From assembly GCF_964204645.1 (NCBI RefSeq), contig NC_134025.1, forward strand, positions 16,405,101-16,469,100: a stretch of DNA of 64,000 nucleotides. The letters run 5' to 3'. The stretch comes from Tubulanus polymorphus (taxonomy: Eukaryota > Animalia > Nemertea). Below the pieces are notes generated by a model. That model saw only the letters and a program-made list of their open reading frames with translations. It made no database searches and was not told where the DNA came from. Below are positions 62,875-64,000 of the stretch, piece after piece. A program made the position numbers and the translations under genes. Position 1 is the first letter of the stretch, and each line of letters begins with the position of its first letter.

Positions 62875-64000
62875 ATCATATCTGACTCTAATACTTATAA
62901 GATACTCAAACGAGATCCTTTAAAAGATTGGCAAAAACATTTTAACAAAGATTTAGAAAACCTGTCTAAGAAACATCCTACTGATAAGAAATTCAGTATG
63001 AAATTTACCAGCCGATTACCCAGTTTACCCTATGCTTACCGGCCTCCCCAAGATTCATAAAAGTAATGTCCCTTTACGCCCTATAATTTCAAGCAGAGGC
63101 TCTCCCTCTTATTATATTTCTAAATCTATTGCCAAAATGCTTTCTCCCTTACTTGGGTCATTCTCTGGTTCTCATATCAAACATAATATGGATTTATTAC
63201 AAAGATTACGTCACATTACCCCCAATGGTAACAAGTTCATCTCTTTTGATGCAGTCTCTCTATTCACTAACATCCCTCTGGAACCAACGTTAGATTTCAT
63301 CAAACGTAAACTTCCATCCTTAAATTTGAATTTTCCTGTCTCAATTAACTGTCTCATTGACCTTTTTGAATTATGTGCTAGAAGAGCCTATTTTCAATTT
63401 GATGGCATTTTCTTTGAGCAAATACATGGTTTCGCTTTGGGCAACCCCCTCTCGCTGATTTTAGCTAACCTCTTCTTAGAACATATTGAATCGGAAATTT
63501 TACCCCTATACACTGGGGTCGCGCCTCTTTTATGGCTCAGGTATGTTGATGACATTTTATGTTTAGTATCAACTGATTTTAACCTTGAATGCCCTTTCTA
63601 TATGTTCTCATACATAATTTTAATTCGAGATTAGGTTTCTCTGTTTTTCGTAAACCTACTAACTGTGAATCCTACCTACATTTCTTCTCGTTCACTCCAA
63701 CTTACCTTAAAGTGGCCGTTGTTCAAGGTTTTTTCCTTCGGGCTTATAGGATTTGTGATAAAAACTTTTTAGATCATGAGATTTTACATATTCAATCCAG
63801 TTTTAAAAAGCTTGCATACCCGGACAAGATTTTAGTGAAAGCCCTTCACAAAGCCAAAAAAGTATTTTTCCCTCCCGCTCAACCCCATAATCCTATTGAC
63901 TCGTCTAAACCAAAAAACAAAATTATAGTTCCTTTGTCCCTTGCCTTGACAAATTCAAACCGGCTCTTCGTCATTTAAATACTGATTTAATTTTCAAGAA

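Larger units (their letters stand above)
56473..64000 (+). mobile_element. Penelope-like retroelement: inverted pLTR + pLTR + degenerate RT ORF (runs off window), interrupted by hAT
   Basis: GIY-YIG CGVYRINCSDC..YIGETGR in both pLTRs; ORF pieces 58078-58886 and 62880-64000 with KADKG, LPKIHK..PLRPI, FDAVSLFTNIP, GNPLS, RYVDD; 57330-57477 repeats at 63850-64000. Confidence 0.92.

Overview
AT-rich, transposon-saturated genomic DNA from a bilaterian invertebrate (species not determinable). 1-8269 is the right part of a decaying Polinton/Maverick-like (adintovirus-like) element A: minor-capsid-like C-terminus, small membrane proteins, giant-virus-type HNH nuclease, rve integrase-chromodomain and packaging ATPase. 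Element A is nested in a spliced gene of a related element B (8270-11021), which in turn interrupts a CACTA-like gene. Both A and B end in long, co-varying hairpins (AGTAATAGGG...CCCTATTACT). 13-48 kb is a mosaic of LINE and Penelope fragments, MITEs with clear TSDs, Helentron-associated (HINE-like) elements whose 154-bp tandem unit carries a CTCF-consensus motif, and a 31-bp palindromic satellite. The only host gene recognised is KCNQ1 (coding exons at 48876-49231 and 53356-53446). Its introns hold a second, GC-richer Polinton-like relic and a Penelope retroelement with hammerhead motifs and an inverted pLTR, interrupted by a spliced hAT transposon with a 5-bp TSD. All family assignments come from motif recognition by eye; no searches were run.
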